Positions 62,929 to 64,000 of a stretch of DNA of 64,000 bases are shown here, piece after piece. Within the stretch, counting starts at the first letter, position 1. Each line of letters begins with the position of its first letter. The DNA is taken from NCBI GenBank assembly GCA_964252035.1, contig OZ176204.1, one strand, 5' to 3'. The notes under the pieces are model-generated. The model saw only the letters and a list, made by a program, of their open reading frames with translations. It searched no databases and had not been told where the DNA came from. A program made the translations under genes and the position numbers. This DNA is from Podarcis erhardii (lineage: Eukaryota).

Positions 62929-63335
62929 TTATTTTATTTATTATTTATTAAATTTATATCGTGTCCTCCTTCCCAAAGGAGCCCAGGCTGGAAAACAGAC
63001 AAGCAATAAAATAATAATAATCTAAAAACCACTGCAGTGCAGATGCGGACTGGGAAGGATCTCAACTTAAAAGGCTTGTTGTAAAAGGAAGGTCTTCAGT
63101 AGGTGCCAAAATGACAACAGAGATTGCATGTGTCTGATATTCAGGGGGAGGGAATTCCAAAGGGCAGGGACCACAACATAAAATGCTCAATTCCTACATT
63201 GTGTGAAAATGATTTCCTGATAAGATGGTATCTGCAGGAGGCCCCCAATTGCAGAGTGCAATGATTGACTGCGTATATAAGGGGTGAGACGTTCTTTTAG
63301 GTATCACAGTATCAAGCTGTACAGGGGTTTACCAA
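62929..63335 (-). mobile_element. Older L2-type 3' fragment
   Basis: (ttat)n tail, then aaggtcttcagtaggtgccaaaa...gggagggaattccaaagggcagggaccacaac, an L2-like 3' end. Confidence 0.55.
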
Positions 63336-63830
63336 CACCCAAACCAGCACCCAAAACCAGCACCGTGAACAAATATTAGGCAGGAGATAATACCATGCAT
63401 ATGGGACGCCCAGTGCCTACATGGTCTATTGTGCTTTGTCTCCAGTTCTTTAGTATCTAACTTGTCACTGAAGTTCCCTTGAGTACACTCCCAAATTAAG
63501 CTTGCTCAAACTGTTTGTACAGTATACATACATAACGCGGCCAGGTGATCTTCCCTCCAGGCACTGACCACCAAACCCAGCAAGTTTGATCTACCATATG
63601 CCATCAGACGATGCTATTTTATAGATATTATCTTGCAACTGTTTCCACTGGAGCTAATATTTTCTGTGCTAATACAAATAAAATGTTTTGCAACACATCA
63701 GAGATCTACTCACAACAAAATACAACAAAATTTGGGAGACTTTTGGACCTTGAGTCTAATTTGTTTTCATTTGAACCATTTGGCTGTCTCTTTAACTTAA
63801 AACAGCTTAAGGCCACAGTACCTCAATGAT

Positions 63831-63984
63831 CACCTCTCTCCATATGAGCCAACCTGGACCCTGAAATCTAAGGCCCTTTTTCATATGCCCCCTCCATGAA
63901 AGGTCCAGAGGGAAGCAACAGGAGAACAGGCCTTTTCTGCAGTGGCTCCCCGTTTGTGGAATGCTCTCCCCAGGGAAGCTCGCC
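63831..63984 (+). mobile_element. L2 fragment
   Basis: ggccttttctgcagtggctccccgtttgtggaatgctctccccagggaag, the reverse complement of the family at 411-695 and 26125-26570. Confidence 0.65.
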
Positions 63985-64000
63985 ATCTCGGGTTAAGTAC

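Noticed and set aside
411-63984. Apparent excess of L2 fragments in the sense orientation of the host gene
   Set aside because: There are too few copies (about six versus three or four) to support a strand bias.
1-64000. miR-17~92-type cluster, expected next to GPC5/GPC3 genes
   Set aside because: I scanned by eye for mature miR-17/20, 18, 19 and 92 sequences and found only isolated seed-length matches with no hairpin context. Such a cluster would lie upstream of exon 1, outside the window.
59465-64000. Glypican exon 2
   Set aside because: I found no TCC...MEE-type motif with splice sites on the minus strand; it is presumably beyond the window.

Overview
This is vertebrate genomic DNA, not prokaryotic. 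The Sauria SINEs point to a squamate, probably a lacertid lizard (inference). The whole window lies inside one large minus-strand gene of the glypican GPC3/GPC5 subfamily. Three internal exons are present: 59464-58770 (695 bp), 15903-15770 (134 bp) and 10332-10207 (126 bp). They have canonical AG/GT sites and splice in frame, and the ORF track recovers only the first two. The rest is intron filled with transposons: L2 and CR1 LINEs (one near-intact L2 ORF2), Sauria, CORE and other tRNA-derived SINEs, solo LTRs, Tigger-like and hAT MITEs with clean target-site duplications (TSDs), and two Tc2/pogo-like elements, one carrying a 100-bp tandem array. The most striking non-coding feature is a Penelope-like remnant at 50654-50869. 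It is an 87-bp near-perfect inverted repeat whose arms each carry a minimal hammerhead ribozyme motif on opposite strands. There are two assembly gaps, no CRISPR array and no rRNA. Almost all other ORFs in the track are spurious. Repeat family names come from recalled consensus features, not from a database search.
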